From contig OZ076409.1 of the NCBI GenBank assembly GCA_964187785.1, positions 33,358,001 to 33,422,000 of the forward strand: 64,000 bases of DNA, given 5' to 3'. This DNA comes from Amphiscolops sp. MND2022. Its lineage: Eukaryota. A program made the position numbers and the translations under genes. The notes under the pieces were generated by a model. That model made no database searches. It worked only from the letters and a program-made list of their open reading frames with translations, and had not been told where the DNA came from. This document shows, in pieces, positions 36,400 to 50,237 of the stretch (position 1 is the first letter of the stretch; every line of letters begins with the position of its first letter).

Positions 36400-39300
36400 C
36401 ACTTAGTGATAGTGAAATGGTTCTCATGCTACGCCCTGCCAAAGCCGCTCACGTGGCGACGCCCCTCACTGTCACGTGCGGTAAAACCAAAATGCAAACA
36501 AATCCGGAGCCTCTTTTGACCCTTCAGGACGCACAATCATGTCTGTCCGATTACTGTTGGCGATTGAGAGGGAGACACGCCCAGAACTCACTATAGACGC
36601 GTTGATTGATGAGATAACCGCAAACGAGAACTACCAACACCAGAGGAATGGCAAGTGAAAGGAGTCACCTCGACGTATCATGCCTATTCTCCTATTCCAG
36701 TTAAAGTCTGCATAGAGGTTGTCGATATGAGTTTTGGCGCGACTATTATAACTGATGCATTTCCTCCTGGAATCTGCTTGGGACCGCAAAGCTGCGCTGC
36801 TACAACATCGACACTCAAGAACCATCAGGTGAAGCGAGAATCGATGAGCGTGCGTCGCTCGTGGTTTCGTTTGTGGTTCCTGATGCTGCTGCCGTGCCAC
36901 TACGTGGATTGATAGACACTGGTTCTGGAGTATCCATCCTCACGTTCTCAGCCTACAATCGAATCGCCGTGCGCACTGGCACACTCCTTCGACCCTATGG
37001 TATTGACTTGTATGCAGCAAACGGAAAAACGATTAAAACTTTCGGTCTGGCTGAAAAAATCAAATTCCAGTTGGGACGCCACGAATTGGAGACCAACTTC
37101 GTGGTGGTTGACGATGCCATGGGAGTGGAAGCTTCCTCCTGGGCAGGAACTTTCTCAGGGCCTATCAGGTCTTGGTGGACCTCACTGCGATGAAAGTCAT
37201 TGTCCGAGCCCCCTCTGAACCGATGTGGTATCATAACCACGCGCAAGTAAGTAGCGAGTCGCTTAACCCGTCGGTAGCGATAGCACAGGATGTTGTATTA
37301 CAAGCTTTCGAACGCGCCATATTGCGCGCAAAGTTGCTTGTAGATAACTTAGAACATTTCATGTTCCGCACCGTGCTAATTAATTTTCAAACACCTAACC
37401 GAATGTTGAAAAACGCCATGTTTTTACAGGACACCGTGGCGACCGTGGGGGAAACAGGTCTCCTTTACGTCAGTTTAGGAAATCTCACCAGCAGTGTACA
37501 GCGGATTGAAAAAGGGACGGTTTTGGGAACCGCAGTACCAGTGACGATGATCCATAATGCCATCCCCCAAATTGTCCCTGGACAAATAACAGAAACTCAG
37601 CAGTCGAATGCAAATTATGTTTGTAAAATATACGAACAGATGAACCTTGATTCTTCTTCGGAATACAGTTCTTCATCTGAATTTGAGTTTTTGTCATCAA
37701 CTGATCCGTCAGAACTAGGCTTGTCCGAGCGCGAGATAAAGAAACGCACCGATCCGGCAATAATGGCTCCGAAACCGGGCCCGGAAGCACAACTCGACGA
37801 AGTGCGTAGTTTGTGGGGTTCGGCCGCCAGCGAAACGCTTAGTAAACTTTTGAACGAAATTGAAGACCTTTTTATGAAATACAAGGCCGACATCGGGAAA
37901 TGTAACATCGCCAAGCACACGGTGGAACTAGAGCCAGGGGCTGTACCCCACCGTGAAGGTGCACGACGAATGTCGCCTGACAAAGCAGATCGTGCTAGTC
38001 AAGAAGTTCTTGATTTGCTAGCTTTGGGAATGATACCTTGGGCGAGTGGTATTGTTATGGTCAAGAAGAAGAGTGGTGAGTTACGATTCTGTTGTGACTT
38101 TCGACCGCTCAATGAGGTGACCATCAAGGACGCCTATCCTCTGCCACGTATCGACGAAAGTCTATCCCGACTGGATAAAGCCAAAATTTACACCAGCATC
38201 GACTAGCATGGGCGTTCTGGCAAATTCATGTCCGGAAAGCCGATCGTCAGAAGACTGCCTTCGCCTGTGAACTTGGATTCTTCGAATGGCGGCGCATGCC
38301 CTTTGGTAAGTGTAATGCTTCGGCAAAATTTCAGCGGGCAAAAGCGCGAGCGCTACAAAAAATTGTGAATCGTGAAGGAAGTATGGTGATGGCATACATT
38401 GACGATATCGTGATTGCTACCGAAACCATTGAAGACCATATGGACAGACTGCGTGAAGTATTTCAATGTCTGCGTGAAGCCGGTTTCAAAATGAGGGTCT
38501 CCAAATGTGATTCCATGAAGTCAGAGATCGAATATTTGGGACGAGTGGTATCCGCAGACGGTATCAAGCCAGATCCAAAAGCTGTCAGCAAGCTGAGAGA
38601 TTGGGATATCCCACGAACCAAAATGGAACTTCAAAGTTTCTTGGGTTTTGCCAACTATTACCGGGACGTTATCCCATGGCATGCCAAATTGGTTGCCTCT
38701 CTACACGCAATGACGGGCACAGGCTCTCCATTTTTGTGGGGGGAGGAACAGCAGCAAGCCTTTAACAGCATCAAAGTGGCGCTAATGGAAGCCACTGCTC
38801 TGGCACAACCCGACATTGAAGGTGAATTCGTCTTAGACACTGATGCCAGTGGCGTAGTCTTATCAGGTATTCTTCACCAGTGGCAAGGACCACCCGAGAG
38901 TCGCAAGCTACGACCGATTGTGTTCGGAAGCCAGAAGTTAACTCCCACACAGGCAAAGTATAGAGCTCCGAAGTTGGAAATGTACGCTGCGTACTATTTT
39001 ATCTTAAAAAATCACAGTTATCTCTGTCCACGCAAATTCACGTTGAGAGTTGACAATCATGCTCTCTCATGGTTGAAGACCTATTCTACGGACCAGGCGA
39101 TCATCGGCCGATGGATCATGGGCCTAGAGAAAAATCATTTCAGTATCGAACATCGACCAAGAACGCAACATCGGAATGCCGATGGCCTCAGCAAACGAAC
39201 CAACGATTACCAGCAACATGAGAAACAACTGAAAAGTCTACCTACAAATGCTGACAAATGGAATTTCCTATCACAAGAGGAGTACCACAAACTCCCGCTA

Positions 39301-41469
39301 GCCCCATGGTTTGATGTGTGACACCAGATCACCCTGAATTGCCTGCGCACCTGCAGAGATTGGCTAGCCAACGTTCACCCGAAGCTACGATAGCAGCTCC
39401 CACACGGAAGAGCGGACAAAACAAACAAAGTGCGACCATCCGCGACAAAGCAATGAAAGCACCTCTAACTACATTGCCAGCACCAGAATTAGCAATGCCT
39501 GCCGATTTCTATCCCGAGTATCCTGAGGACTGGTTAGAATTAACTGAAGAGTATCGACGGGACTATCTGCTCCCTACGCATGTCGCCAACGTGCCATCAA
39601 GGACCACCTACCCGCTGACAGGGGAGGAAAAACAAGCGACTGACACCGCACCAGAATATGTGAAACAGATGGCATTCGTAGATGATGATATCGAGAAAAT
39701 GTGCGCGCCTTTGCCAGGAATTATTACAAACAAAAAAAGAACCTCCTGCTGGTCAATACCTATGAGGTGTTGTGTATAAAGTATCCCAAGAGCCAGAGAG
39801 CGCTGCATGAACGTCCATGCATGATTGTGATGCCCCAACTCTATCAACATGAAGTATTGTTCAAAGCTCACGACACAATGGGACACCAGGGTATCGCAAA
39901 AGTCTTGGCAAGAATTCAAGAACGCCACACTTGGCCGGGCATACGTCGGACCATTGGGCAATACGTCAGCCAGTGCATAACTTGCCAGCAAGTACGTGAC
40001 AAACCCGGCGATGTACGATTCCACTCAAAAAATATCCAAAATGGTTATTTCAACGAGTTGGTTCAGTATGATCATTTGAAAATTTGCCCCTCTGACGATG
40101 GCAACACTGGAATCCTGGTTATCATCGACCATTTCTCCAAGCTCGCGGAAGCAGTGCCATGCAGCCATGATGAATACGATGCAGCGACCACTTCGAGATT
40201 ACTCTTGCAAAAATGGTTTGCCCGACCTGGCACGCCGACGAGAATGCAGTCGGACAACGCGCCCAACTTTACTGCGGAAGTGTCTGCCGACTTTATGAAA
40301 GCGGCCCAAGTGACTAAAGTAACCTCTACCGCTGGCCACCCCAAAACTCAAGGGCTAGTAGAACGGCAGAACAGACTTCTGCTGACCCTACTGCGTGTAT
40401 TTTGCTCCCGACTAATGCGTGATTGGGACCAATACTTAGACGAAGTGATGGGTGCATACAATTCCACGCGTCATGCTACTACTAGATTCTCCCCATACAT
40501 ACTGACCAGAGGCATCGAGAAAGCAATATCCAAACCTTCCTGTATCCCGAATTTGCCACTCAGTCTTTCGCATCACATGAGATCATGTACTGTCCCGACA
40601 ACAAGAGATTAATGACTTGGTTCGCCGCAACACACACCAGGCCCAACAGCGGCAGAAACTCAAATACGACTGAGCTATCCGTGCCAAAGCCTATGAAGTG
40701 GGCGAACCAGTCTGGGTATTCTGTCGCTATATTCCTCAAAAAGGGTCCCCCAAGTTGATGAGAGCATGGCGTGGTCCTCACAAAGTAGCACGAGTGCTAC
40801 AGGAGGGACGCGTCTACATACTCGACACTGGTCAGAAAAGACACTTCGAACGACTGAAACCGCACCATAATGGTCCGACAGAATGGGCTGCAGTTCCTGC
40901 GCACAACGGTGAAGTGGCCATCATCATGGATCCTGACCGAGAGATATCTCATGAGGAAGTGCCGGATGATGCATCGCAAATCTCTTATCGTGCGGAAGAA
41001 CCAATATCCGAAGCTGGCAATGCATCTTTGCCTTCCCGACAAAGGCACTGGATGGACACCCGATTGCGCACTCGCATGCGCGCTGGCGGCAGTCGCCTCC
41101 ACTACCACCCGTTACATTATCTGCGAGCATGGAGCAGACACCATCTTTCAACTTCGACCGGAAGTCGGGAACATATTGACGCTCCCTACATCTTTAACTG
41201 ACGGTCAACCCCAGACAATTCATCTTTTGATTACACGAGCCACCCCCCGCTGCCCAATGCTAGCTGATACTCTATTTACATGTTTCGAACACTTAAAAAC
41301 TCTACTCGAGCGCCTGGAAGCAATGGAAAATCACTTCGCTATCATCGACCCCGAGCGCCCGATACGCAACCTTTTTGATTTTTACGCATGTTTAATGGAC
41401 ACGCCATTATCTGTAGTGTTACACGATCGTATTTACGTTTCTATCGCAAGCGTCGTTAGCTTTTCGTAA
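36400..41469 (+). pseudogene. pol: E2 pol (PR-like, PR, dUTPase-like, RT, RNase H, IN, partial macrodomain)
   Basis: LIDTGSGVSIL; LRFCCDFRPLN..YPLPRID; AYIDDIVI; LDTDAS..HRNADGLS; H..GH..CITC, QYDH, QSDN, GLVERQNR; TIHLLITRA..IIDPER. Confidence 0.92.
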
Positions 41470-41662
41470 ACTTTTTGTTTTTGTTGTTAGTTCGTTAGTT
41501 TAGTGAATTTCGGCGGAACTTAGGCATATATTTTACTTCTCCTTTTGTTATTAGTATCTTGTATCTTATCAATTTCCCTGGTACTACCCTTAATGTGACC
41601 TTATGTGTTACTCTGCTGCCGATCGTCGTACAACCTATCTGCACTCTTTTAGAGATCTTGCG

Positions 41663-44418
41663 ATGAACCAAAGAGACCAAGATCGAAACAATGACATTCC
41701 TCCGAGGTCTTCTGATGACTCACCTGCTATGGGACAACGTGTCTACGACACTGCGCGTGTCCAACGCACGTCCCAAATTACATTTATCCGCGATCGCCTT
41801 GATCAAGGTCTCTCTCCTGCTGCTGTGGCTGGGGTGGCAGCAGTTATACCTCAAATGGAATCACAGATCCATGCGCCGATGCTGACATTATCAATTACTT
41901 CCGGCTTCTCTGGGTTCCAACGATCCATGACATTCCAAGATGGAGTATGGTCGGGTCACGATCTGACCCACCATTTCACTGATGATCGTGCTGCAATATC
42001 GTACAGCTCAGCAAATGGTGGCGTGCATCAGACCCGCTCCATGCAATTGCCCTCTTGCCCACCCCACCTCCCCCGCCGCCACCAACATCTATGCCTAAAC
42101 CAGATGTACGTGCTAGAAAGCCCCGGGCTCTCAAGCGCGTCCAGCTGCCCCTGCTCTACCCAATCTGGCGAACAGACCGATTGCCGAACAAGCGGTGATT
42201 TCAGCACTGCAAGCTATCGCTGTCAACCCGCATTACGCCGATTTTATGAGATCTATGGAGCAATGTTGGCCAGAGGTACGCCAGATCGCCCTGCCCACAG
42301 TAACAATCCAGAATGAGAACGCCATCTCTACACAACACGCCATGACTATTCCTCACGTGAATCCCCTATCCGAGCAACCTGGACACTCGCGAACGGTAAC
42401 CATTGAGCGCAGTCGATCGCCCTCACGCTCCTCATCTTCTCAAAAAGGGGGAAAGCCGCCCTGCCTCCAGAAAAAAAATGATCGCTCGCCGACAAGAGCA
42501 AGCACAAGCACGATGCAGCCACTGGCAGCTCGTGACAGCCCGTCAAGCAAGCCACCACCAGATAAAAGAATTTCTAATGAAAAAGCCACACTAACACCAA
42601 GATGTCACAGTCGATCAACTTTCTGTGGGCATGAGATACATAGCCGCCAAACTAACAAGCGAGACCCAAGCAGAGATTCAAGCTTTCAGCAGCACCTATG
42701 ATGCGTGGTACCTGGTACCAGCGATTGCAAACCACTACCATTGCGAAAGTGGCAAAGGAACTGGGAATAACGACGGACCAGTTCGCCATATGCCATAGGG
42801 TTAGGATGGAGTCCTGACGTCATCAGTGTAGAATTTGGAATTGAGGAACGACACATCGTTGAGATCAGCCGAATCATTGGTGCAATGCAGCTGAACGAAG
42901 TCCTTGCCCTGATGTTGATCTTTGGGCAGAAGCGTTTCGTGGCCGGCCCCATGATGATTCTTGCTGACCTGGTAACAGTATGCAACCTGGAGTGGCTATT
43001 CTCCTACCTAGTAATAGCGCGTGGAGATATCACAGGATTAACGGCCCTTGTGGAATTGCTGCAGAAAAAGGATGCCCAAGAATACCTTGCGCATCCAGAA
43101 AGAATGACGATATTCTTATACCATTGGATTTACTGTAGCCTGGTCTTTGCTTCAGGACTTTTCGTTGGCGTCGACAGAAATCAGCCATTGTTTTCCTTAC
43201 ACCGGATTCCTTACACCCAACCAGCTGGCGGACTTCACATTGTCCGAAGTGGAAGATTTAATACCGATGTTAGCACCCGTGCTAACTCCGATATACGGCC
43301 CAACAGGCATATTGCGCTACCCAACCAAGTCCCTTCGACTTGCATCGGAGATACCATCTGCGTCTATCCTCACCTTTCTAAAGAACATCAAAACATACAA
43401 CTACCAACAAATGCTGGAGCGTGGATTGTACATGAAAGTACCCCGCATGTATACGACCTTCAAAAATGAAGTCCAGCAAGACGAAAATCTAGCCGGAATC
43501 TTGAAGGCCCGAACCAAAAAGGATTGCCCTCTCCCCCGAGAGTATGGCCCTGTAAATTGGTATAACTCTCCCCTGGACCACGAAGGAATTCCCCTCCGCT
43601 TCAGTTGGAGTTTCGCCCACCTACGAAAGTATGTGACAGAGTGCATCCAAGCCATGGGTGGTCACACCAATTGCAGCCACAATTTCCAAATGATTAAAAT
43701 CCCAGCGAGATACTGGCGGGGACCCATAGGCTACATTCGAGCCAAGCCCATCAGCTTAGTCGAGCGCGGTTTCAACGAACAATATGCCTACAGAGACCAC
43801 TACAAGTTGGGCATGTGGATGTCCCGCACCTTGGAGGAACGTCAAGGCCGTCTAAAAGGACTGGTCATCCCCCCACAAATTGCGCCACTGTGGAATCCGG
43901 AAGCTAAAGTGACCATGGGCAGTGACATGCCGGCAGAAAGGTGCTACCATATCATCGAGCTTCTAAGTGATCCCCTGGGACCCGAATAGGAGGCCTCGCG
44001 CCAAAACAATGAGCACGAGAACAAGGACAACTGGTCCAGAGCCTGCGGGCTCTGGCGCAGGCCTGACCTGCGTCCAAAAATTAGTGCAAAGCAGAAACGA
44101 CCACTCGCCACGCGAAACAGACCATTAGACTTGCCACACATATTTAATGCAAGTCGCCTAGATGTGCAGACTTCAGCTGAAATTCCTACCACCAGCTCTG
44201 CTAGTGCAGCCCAAGAACATTCGCCCGAAGTATCCACTCCGATGCCAACGGCAGACAACCCCTGTAGCTCCAGCGCCACCCCCAGAACACCGGAAACTGC
44301 CGACAATGTACAAAGACCAGTCTTGAGAGAGGGGACGGCACGCAGAGGATCCCTATCTGTACCCGAACGCAAGGAGGACACCTCAGCCAGGGCGCGCCAT
44401 TTCTCTGCCACTCACTAA
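41663..44418 (+). pseudogene. E2 ORF3 (env position), SGNH-like region absent
   Basis: Homologous to the E1 ORF3 N- and C-terminal domains; jumps from the linker to TYDAWY..TTIAKVAKELGIT at ~42695. Confidence 0.78.
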
Positions 44419-45429
44419 AAGAGAAAGTCGAAACTTAATGCTAAACTTTGCTGCCAAAGCCTGTTGCTACACCTTGTCAATAAACCCTGTTGCTAAACTT
44501 TGTTGCTATACTTTATTGATTAACCTTGTTGCTGAGCCTTGGTGCTAAGTTTTGCATACGCGCACAGTGACACAAACTGGTCATGGGTAAGAACCTTAGA
44601 GCGAATATGAAGCCCTCCGGGCTTCATCCTCTTCATCCATCAATAATTGGGACCGGCAACCCATTTATCCTCAACCTTACGCCTTTCTTTGCTTTGCTTT
44701 ATTTCAGTGCATTAAATTTGCAATTTCAGTTTTTAGTTAAAACTACCTAAGGCCACTTGGTGGATGTGCGGTGCTCATCCTGTGCTTATTTATGCGGTGC
44801 TATCACACCTATTTTGGTTACAAGTTTTACTGTTATTAAAATAAAAAGACAAAAAGGAAAAACGGAAAATGACCGAGAGATAGAGAGAAGTAAAAGTTAA
44901 CAGACCTCCACCTGTTGTTTTTCTCGAGTTATCTGGTAGGACTGAGAATGAGTCTCACAAAAGATTTTTTAAACTTCCATACCAACTGATTTTATGACAA
45001 CTGCTTCTCAAAAGAACTTTTTGTCAGCGTCAAGCAGTGCAAAGCTCCCGAGCTTCGAAAAAGAAATCTAATCTGTCATGTGATGGTCGTTGACCTTAAA
45101 GCAAGTTTTAACACCAACGGCAACAAAAGAAATTTTTGACTAAAGGCCGAAAAGAATTTTTAAAAGCCTGGATTGCTCAAGACAGGCAATAAAAAAAGGA
45201 ATTTTGCCGTGTAAAATTTTTGTACGAAGCTTTGTAAGTTTGATCGAAGTGCAGCAATGCTGGGTCAAAGACGCTTCTGATGGTCAACTTGACGATATCT
45301 CAACGAACTGCTCCATGCAGCTTGATGTGGGTTCAGTGACGAAAGACCTCCTCAAGGGACAGAGACGATCCTTAGCAAGGATTTGACGATGCTAACCCTC
45401 ACTGGACGGGGACGTCAAGCATAAACCCC

Positions 45430-45438
45430 GGGGAGTGA
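45430..45438 (+). promoter_or_regulatory. E2 polypurine tract
   Basis: GGGGAGTGA abutting the 3' LTR. Confidence 0.8.
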
Positions 45439-46151
45439 TGTAACGATCACCTATCAAGCCCGAAAATTCGAAAATTTTGAAAATTTTGTTCAAGGGACTA
45501 GATTCCCTCTGCTGAAAAGTAATATTCCGCTGGAGGATACCGTGTCTTTACTCAAGGACCTGTCAGCAGAATTAAAGAGGATTTGAACAAAAAAGTCCGG
45601 GTAGACCCCATCCGAACGAGACGATTGCAGAAAATCACGGCAGCTGTCAGAAAAAAGACTCAATTTCTGTCAACACGGACTGAACTTTGTTCATTAGCAA
45701 ATCGCCACGAAATGCTGTGATTACCTAAAATGAGTCAATAGGCGAGACCAAGCATCCGTGCTTGTGTCCCCGGATAATTGTTGCCTAATGGTGCTAATTA
45801 TGCAGTAGATTATGTATTTGTTGTTGTATTAACTCGTGAGCTACTTATTTCGAATTCCCCTGTGACTACGAAGAAACAGAATTTTTCCTTTTCCATCACC
45901 TCTATTTTTTGAAGGCTGTCTAAATGATGGTTTCGAAGAAAAAGCGTAATGCGCGCTACTGAGAGCAAATAAAGACTTGATCAGTCCGGCGAGCACTTCA
46001 CAAGAAGCGGAATCCTCCTCTGACGGGACAGTTTTTACCCGAAAGAGGCAAAATGAGCTCATGGTCATGGGCGCCTGTCCCGGGCAAATACCCATATCAT
46101 GTGCTCCTCTAACTCTTATGGTTACGACAATGGTGAGAGCTTGTCGTTACA
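45439..46151 (+). repeat. E2 3' LTR (713 bp)
   Basis: Direct repeat of the 5' LTR; AATAAA at ~45968. Confidence 0.97.
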
Positions 46152-46487
46152 TTCCTTGGAAAATATTGTAACATTACACTGCAATTTACATTTTTGCAAT
46201 ATAAATTGAAATTATTTTCCACTTCGTTACCCACACCATCACGTTGTATTTACACTTTGTTTTCTCAGCTAATCATCTGACGTGATCACCGCTTCTCAAA
46301 TAGCACGCCGAAGGTGACGCCTATTTGCAGTTTATTGCCTGACTGAAGTTATTTTGCAATAAAATGACTGTAAAAGTGTTAGCAACTTAGTTGTAGCTGA
46401 AATTAATCTTCTGTTTCTCAATGAAACCAGCAAAACTTAAAAAGGCTTGAATTGCCGCACGAAAATTATCTTTCCTTGCACTTACAA

Positions 46488-47050
46488 CCCTGTTTGAAAT
46501 GGTGTGAAAGTTTTACAAGTTGTAGTTGTGAAGCAAATTTACCATGCTTTTGTTTCTCATGGAACTCTCACGGAAATTTCTATGCAATAAAAATTCAGTG
46601 TTCTGATTGAACTTCATCAAATTGCCTAGAAAATGCTTCCTAAATTTTTCGATGGCTAATGAGCCACGAAATTGTACAGGTTGCATTAAGAAACAGATCT
46701 TATTTAAGTTTTAAACATCTTATAACAGTTTTGAACGCAGCTGGGAATTTCTTGCAAACGAACTTCAGTTACGTTAAAAGTTTCTAAGTAGCGTCATAAT
46801 CTGCGCGCTGTTTGACAAAGGGTGAATACACAAGTTGCGTTCTTTAAAAATTAACGAGTCAAAGTAAAGTAATCGAGTCGGCGAAGAATCAGAATTATTT
46901 TCAGTTTTGATTGAAAGAATGGACGCTGCATTGTAATCCTACAAAGTTTATCCAGACAGGCTCCAGAATTTCCCACACTTTGTACAAAATCTCATTAGCC
47001 TTGCATGCATGAAAACAGTATGGAAAACTTCGCAGCAGTTTTTACTGAAG
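46488..47050. mobile_element. Diverged copy of the CCCT(A/G/T)GTTGAAA MITE family
   Basis: CCCTGTTTGAAA start; internal AACTTCAGT..GTAGCGTCAT..TTTGAC blocks shared with 49692-50237 and 56524-57026. Confidence 0.55.
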
Positions 47051-47166
47051 TATCCATTAAAACCTGCCTGAGAGATGTTGAAAAGGTATAGGAGAAAGAA
47101 TGCAGCAATTGTAGCTAAAAATAACTTCTAGTGGGTTTATTTAGTAGTTCTAAGCTTTGATAGGCT

Positions 47167-47455
47167 ACAGGGGAACGGTCCACGTCGGAGCCAGGCTCAA
47201 GATTCGAAAAAAAGCTAACTGTTTTATATATTCAAAGGCCAGCTGTCGTGAAACTTTTCAATTATCACACAGTGCCAAAAAATACCCGAAAGCGATACCC
47301 TTGAGACTCGAAAACCACGCGCTCATACATCATGCCAAGTGGAAGTACTAAAGCCGTACTGGAGCAATTTATCAGAATTTATTGAAGTTTGTCAGTTCGT
47401 CGGTCTTTAAAAAAGTCAATACTATAGTCTGTTTTTCTAACGAGTACGCCGACTA
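47167..47455 (-). mobile_element. Diverged HINE-like copy
   Basis: GTCGGAGCC..GGCTCAA end, CACAGTGCC unit, TATAGTC..CGCCGACTA end. Confidence 0.5.
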
Positions 47456-47959
47456 AAAATTCGACTGCATGTTCCCAAGCAGCATGAAAAAGTTCCAGAA
47501 ACATCGACTAGGGAAATAGATTAGACCCTTTCATAATTTCCGACTCCTGTTGATTTTCGGAAAATTGCTCTGTGACAATCATTTCAAATTGATTCATACT
47601 ACTCTCCAAATTAATTCAAGCACCCTTGGACATTCAGTTTTGCGGAAGCTCTTCAAATGAAAGTTGAATTGTATATCATTATGCAAAATTGGGCTTTGAA
47701 TTTCCATACTGGAATGACGGGGATCATAATGTATTCAATGTAAAGTAAGAGAGATTTTTTCCGCGATTCTGTTCGGTCTATATGTGCGCATGACGTTTTT
47801 GTATAGCGTATTGTTTTTCGTAGGGGCCAAATGTTTGCTAGTTATTGAAGAAATACGATATAGGTTTCAAGATCTTTCTTCAAGCACACCTTAATTAGTC
47901 AAATCGATCCCAGAGAAAGATTTCAGCATTCAAAAATGAAAAAAGAATCTGGTGAAATT

Positions 47960-48190
47960 GAACCCTGGAAAGCAGATGGATCCGGAGTTGTCGTCTGGCA
48001 CAACCTTGTACACAAAAATATAGGGGGTGGAGAAAAGCACAGCGAAAAGCCAGATGGCGAGGATGATGAGCCGGATGTTGTGCTTGGTCAGGCGAGGACG
48101 CAGAGGGGTGAGGATGACCCGATGTCTCTCGTAGCAGATGGCCAGGTGAGTCCCAATCGAAGCGGCTGAAACACAAGGTTGGATGGAAAC
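47960..48190 (-). CDS. Internal exon of a class A (rhodopsin-like) GPCR, probably a peptide receptor: TM3-ICL2-TM4-ECL2; 3' boundary uncertain
   Basis: VSAASIGTHLAICYERHRVILTPLRPRLT..IILAIWLFAVLFSTPYIF..ICFPG; acceptor AG at 48192-48191 after a pyrimidine-rich tract. Confidence 0.85.
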
Positions 48191-48469
48191 CTTCAAGTTT
48201 TTATGATGAAGAAGAGAAAAACAGAATTTCTTTCAAATGACTAAGGGTACAATAACATAGTATAATGTGTTTGTATCTGTGTTTGTAATAATGTCTGTGA
48301 TTTGATTCCGATCCAAGGTTTGTACCAAAAATTTCAAGAAATAGAACGATTCTTGTCGACAGCTCCACAAAAACATTGAAGTTAGAAACAAGCCGCGAAC
48401 AAGAAAAATTGCGTACTAGTCAGGCTCGAACTCCGTTCTCCTGGTTCAGAAGCTCTAACCAAGATCTTA

Positions 48470-48806
48470 CCATGGCGATCATGTTTAGTATGAGCATACT
48501 ATGGTCATCATGTTAAGTATGATCATACGTATGAAACATGCATGAAGGATGATGATCATAGTACTATCATAGTAAACCCGGGTTATAAGGACAAGCCCAA
48601 AAACTCCCAACAAAGCAACAAAAATCTAACATTTTGTTGACGGTGAATAGAATTTTCCGAAATTTTCTAGCACGCCCAGCCATACTATGATCATAGTCCT
48701 TGCCATGCTAATCATAATATGAGCACACTATGAGCATACTTTGGTGATCATTTTCTACCATGATCATCCTATGACATAGAATGGTTCACCATATTCGAGT
48801 ACGGGG
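48470..48806. repeat. Fragments of a GGG-terminated element with CATACTATGA(T/G)CAT subterminal repeats
   Basis: Repeated ~11-bp units on both strands; GAGTACGGG end. Confidence 0.45.
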
Positions 48807-49691
48807 ATCAAATTGGGGAAACTACTACACTTTTAATTTCATGTCACTGCTTGTAAACTTAACTTAATTTTTCTACTCTAAGCTGTTTTGTTCTTTAGGA
48901 CTGTTCTGTTTTATGTGGACAAAACAAAAGTGTCAAAACAATTCAATGATCTGTGGCCAAGCATTACTTTAATAAAATTCAAAAATTTTCTGGCATCAAG
49001 TTGTACGGTTCATAACAGAACGAGTAATACAATGTACGCTCAACTACCAAGTTTGGGACATCCGCATCTGTTGTTATCCAACTACCAATACTCAACCAGT
49101 TATTTCCAAACACCGAAATGAAAGTTTTTGAATAGTCAAACCAACATCGGTCACACAAAACAACTTCACTACAAAAAACATCAACACTTCAGGTTAGTAT
49201 CGATAAAAACGATGCTTTATCTAATCGTAGCTAGTTTTCCTTTTTATGAAGAAAAAACTTCAGAATTGTAGGTGGTTTGAATACTTGGCATCAGTTTTGG
49301 ATTTTTAAAATTTCGCTGTCCTTCAAATAGACAACTCCAGTTTTTTCATTCAGCTTTGAATTGTTCTCTGGTTTTCGTATGTGCAAACATATTCCTGAAT
49401 ATGTCCAATAAGTGCATAATCACAAAAATGATGGCGAATCTCCCAAACTCGAGATTGTTAATCTACGATAGAATTGTTATGGCGACAAACCCAAAGTTCC
49501 ATCAATCAAAAAGTTTTTTTTTCATTTAGCCAGGGTCCGACTGGATTGGCATTATTATGCTGTTCGGGCCCTCTTCAAACGTGATTGCTACTGATTCGAC
49601 GTATCAACTGTATGTTTTCCTATGTTTTGAAGGAACTATAATAAAATAAATAAGCGGTATGGCTAACTCGTCGGGGTATTTGCTATCGCTA

Positions 49692-50237
49692 CCCTGGTTG
49701 AAACTGCTTGAACTTTTCACATGTTTTTGTAGGTTACCAAGCTAATTTTTCATGATTTTATAAAATTCTCAAAGAAATGTCCCTGCACTAAATCTTCACT
49801 GATTCGATTTAATTTTATCAAGCTGCCTATAAAATGCATCTTAAATATCGCGGCAATTCTACGTCGCGACGTTTTGCAGGTTTCATGAAGACACTGTTCT
49901 AATTTTGAAAGCAGCTGAGACCTTAATCAATTTTACCGCGGTTTCAACGCAAATGAACTTCAGTCACATTATAAGTTTCAAAGTAGCGTCATATTCAGCG
50001 TGCTATTTGACTAACGGTGTTCACGGTAATAAAGTACTTACTTGAGAAACTTACGCGTGAAAACAAGGTGATCGCGGTGGTGAGGAAGTTTTCAGTTTTA
50101 CCTCAAATAGTGAAAGCTGCATAGTAATCCTACAAAATGTTTCCATACATGGTCCCTGAGTTTTCCATGTTTTATAAAAAATTAGCCGGCATTTTTTGAA
50201 GGTGCCTGTAAAACTTCGCGGCAACTTTGACTAAGGG
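49692..50237. mobile_element. CCC..GGG MITE family copy
   Basis: CCCTGGTTGAAACTGCTTGAACTTTT start, ACTAAGGG end; similar to 56524-57026. Confidence 0.7.

Larger units (their letters stand above)
31626..46151 (+). mobile_element. Giant Ty3/Gypsy LTR retrotransposon E2 (14.5 kb, both LTRs, internal deletions, decayed)
   Basis: Direct LTRs, PBS, gag-pol, ORF3, PPT; TTC on both flanks. Confidence 0.95.
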
